The notes beneath the pieces were generated by a model, which had not been told where the DNA came from, did not search any database, and saw only the letters and a list, made by a program, of their open reading frames with translations. The position numbers were made by a program, and so were the translations under genes. A stretch of 34,319 nucleotides of DNA. Source: a virus. Its lineage: Duplodnaviria; Caudoviricetes. The stretch's first letter is position 1. Every line of letters begins with the position of its first letter. The stretch covers positions 1-34,319 of IMG/VR virus record IMGVR_UViG_3300049060_000024; one strand, given 5' to 3'. Shown here in pieces: positions 33,843 to 34,319 of this stretch.

Positions 33843-34319
33843 TTAGTCTGGGTCTGTTGGTGGTGTAAACCCTGAACTTACTACTTTGACTGATGAACCT
33901 CTAACTGCCCTTACTACTGGAGCCCACGCAAAGATCTCCGGGTTAGCACCACCCGCTGCGACAGCTAAGAGAAGTGTGATGTCGGAAATAATGAGTCCGC
34001 TACCAGACGCGGCTCCGACCATCTCGATACTCAGCTCGTCCCCGTCCGCGATGCTCACAGAGTTCACGTCATCCGACTTATAGCCATCTTGGCCGGTGCC
34101 GTATTGCACGCCGAGTGCGGTCGCAACACCGTTCTTGAGCAGCGTGAGGTTGTTGTTGCCGGTGTTGCTGTTGCCGCCCGTGGTGACACGCACTTGCAAC
34201 TTCGACGCGGTGAGGGTTCGGTTCACCTGCACGCGGGTGTCTGTATCAGTCGCGCCGAGCCCGAGCTGCCCAGAGGTCGAGGCATACTTGGTCGTCGCCG
34301 GTTGCAACGTGGTATTGCC
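33843..34319 (-). CDS. 5'-truncated beta-rich virion/fibre-like protein
   Basis: Frame is open to the window edge; Gly/Thr/Asn-rich; C-terminal WAPVVR tail. Confidence 0.7.
   Translation of the reverse strand, partial: GNTTLQPATTKYASTSGQLGLGATDTDTRVQVNRTLTASKLQVRVTTGGNSNTGNNNLTLLKNGVATALGVQYGTGQDGYKSDDVNSVSIADGDELSIEMVGAASGSGLIISDITLLLAVAAGGANPEIFAWAPVVRAVRGSSVKVVSSGFTPPTDPD

Noticed and set aside
3502-34083. Numerous antisense and alternate-frame ORFs in the supplied track (e.g. 5531-6016, 5559-6056, 16684-17130, 27852-28232)
   Set aside because: They are nested within well-supported genes and have no recognisable motifs, so they are treated as shadow ORFs.
1-34319. Stop-codon reassignment (suggested by TAG richness and a possible suppressor tRNA)
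   Set aside because: Long genes are intact in code 11, and TAG, TAA and TGA all end genes at sensible, coupled boundaries.

Overview
Fragment of a lytic-type dsDNA tailed phage with podovirus-like architecture. Two convergent arms meet at a bidirectional terminator near 10.8 kb. The + arm (1-10767) carries replication and nucleotide metabolism: an SSB-like gene, atypical tRNA-like RNAs, a HAD phosphatase, a phage Dam-type methyltransferase, a UDG-fused family A DNA polymerase, dCMP deaminase, an NDT-like N-glycosidase, MazG, a DUF5664-like dNTP diphosphohydrolase, a P-loop kinase, a GH-A-like glycoside hydrolase and many Cys-rich microproteins. The - arm (10855-34319) carries virion and lysis genes: beta-rich decoration/fibre proteins, a Pro-rich repeat protein, an adaptor-fibre fusion, a nozzle/stabilisation protein, a tail collar protein, ejection-type proteins including a 1430-aa protein, holin-like and lysozyme genes, a DEDD exonuclease, a trypsin-like protease, a beta-helix protein and a PLA2-like protein. 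No terminase, portal or capsid gene was recognised in the window. The most unusual signals are a ~190-nt tRNA-framed RNA with a large pseudoknotted insert, a tRNA with a 6-nt anticodon loop, a possible base-modification cluster around a polymerase with a non-canonical motif B, an apparently permuted ADP-ribosyltransferase-like module, and a shared (W)xPxYPDR motif. All protein calls come from motif recognition by eye, not from database searches.
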